Origin: Heteronotia binoei
Taxonomy: Eukaryota
Direction: 5' to 3'
Length of the DNA: 64,000 nucleotides
NCBI RefSeq assembly: GCF_032191835.1
Contig: NW_026799997.1
Span: 620,001 to 684,000 of the forward strand
Shown here: in pieces, positions 63,205 to 64,000 of the stretch
Position numbering within the stretch: the stretch's first letter is position 1
How the letters are laid out: each line of letters begins with the position of its first letter
Made by a program: the position numbers and the translations under genes
Notes under the pieces: model-generated
Databases searched by the model: none
Seen by the model: only the letters and a program-made list of their open reading frames with translations
Told to the model about the DNA's origin: nothing

Positions 63205-63560
63205 ATTTTTCAGAAATCCCATTTTTCCCCAGCTCTGTTATACCGTATGGGTTCCATTACAGCCAATGGTTCTGTAGGATATAATGGGAAATTGATCCAG
63301 GGGTACTTGGGGCTTTGGGGGGCTGTTTTTTGAGGCAAAAGCACTAAATTTGCAGCATAGCTGCTGGTGTTTCTCCTTAAAAAAAACCCCAAGTTTCAAA
63401 AAGATTGGACCAATTCTATGGGCCCACAAAGAAGGTGCCCCATTGAAACCAATGGAGAAAAAATGTTTAAAGGGATCATGGTCCCTTTAAAAGCCTTCTC
63501 CAAGCTGCTATTCTGTGAGGGAACTCCAAAGGTATTTAAAGGGCTTGCAGCCTTTTTAAA
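63205..63560. mobile_element. Internal fragment of the TAGGGTTGCC hAT family, reverse orientation
   Basis: Reverse-complement match to internal blocks of 4618-5402 and 56644-57422 (also seen in the similar ORF-track peptides). Confidence 0.7.
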
Positions 63561-64000
63561 CACCCTTTAACTTCAACTATCTGGTAATCTTAAAAAATCC
63601 CAAATATTTTTGGGATTTTGGGGGCTCAACCATTTTAGATTCTGCCCCCCCCCCCAAAAAGCCAAATCAATATTCAGCTGAAAGAATATCTGGAAAATGC
63701 CATGATATCTGAAAAATATACCCCTACTTGCATCTGGAAAATACACCTCTATTTGTAGCCTTTAGCTAATTTGTATGAGTAACAGCTAGAACCCCTATTT
63801 CTGTTGGTATTTGGAGGGGGAAAGTCTGTAAGTTCTCTTGATTATTGAATGCTAACTGTGTAAGGTGATTTATTTTTTTAATAGAACTGTTGTACTATAA
63901 GCTTAAATCATATTAATGTAAAAGTATGCTTCCTAGGCTATTAAAGCTTAAATTGTGCAGATTAATATACTTTTCCTTCTATCAGGCTGCTTCAGAAGGT

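Overview
Vertebrate genomic DNA from a squamate reptile, most likely a gecko. This is inferred from the repeat complement: Sauria SINE, BovB, CR1 and L2 LINEs, and abundant TAGGGTTGCC-ended hAT MITEs. It is intronic or intergenic DNA, heavily filled with transposable elements. No host protein-coding gene could be recognised. The only clearly protein-like ORFs are transposon-derived: an apparently young 5'-truncated L2 reverse transcriptase (57729-59482, +), a near-complete but frameshifted hAT transposase (53801-55625, -), BovB (36327-38630, -), CR1 (14056-15059, -) and a DIRS tyrosine-recombinase remnant (~43050-43160, -). Many non-autonomous elements have readable TIRs and target-site duplications (TSDs), and several are nested, which gives a relative insertion order. 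The most unusual items are a near-perfect 287-bp CpG-rich hairpin element, a MER1/Charlie3-like MITE, 5S-rRNA-headed SINEs, decayed hammerhead-ribozyme motifs in Penelope-type ends, and an inverted-repeat element carrying a solo LTR. There are also a few small plus-strand candidate exons with strong splice signals that may belong to an unidentified large-intron gene (low confidence). Family names come from recalled consensus features, not from a database search.
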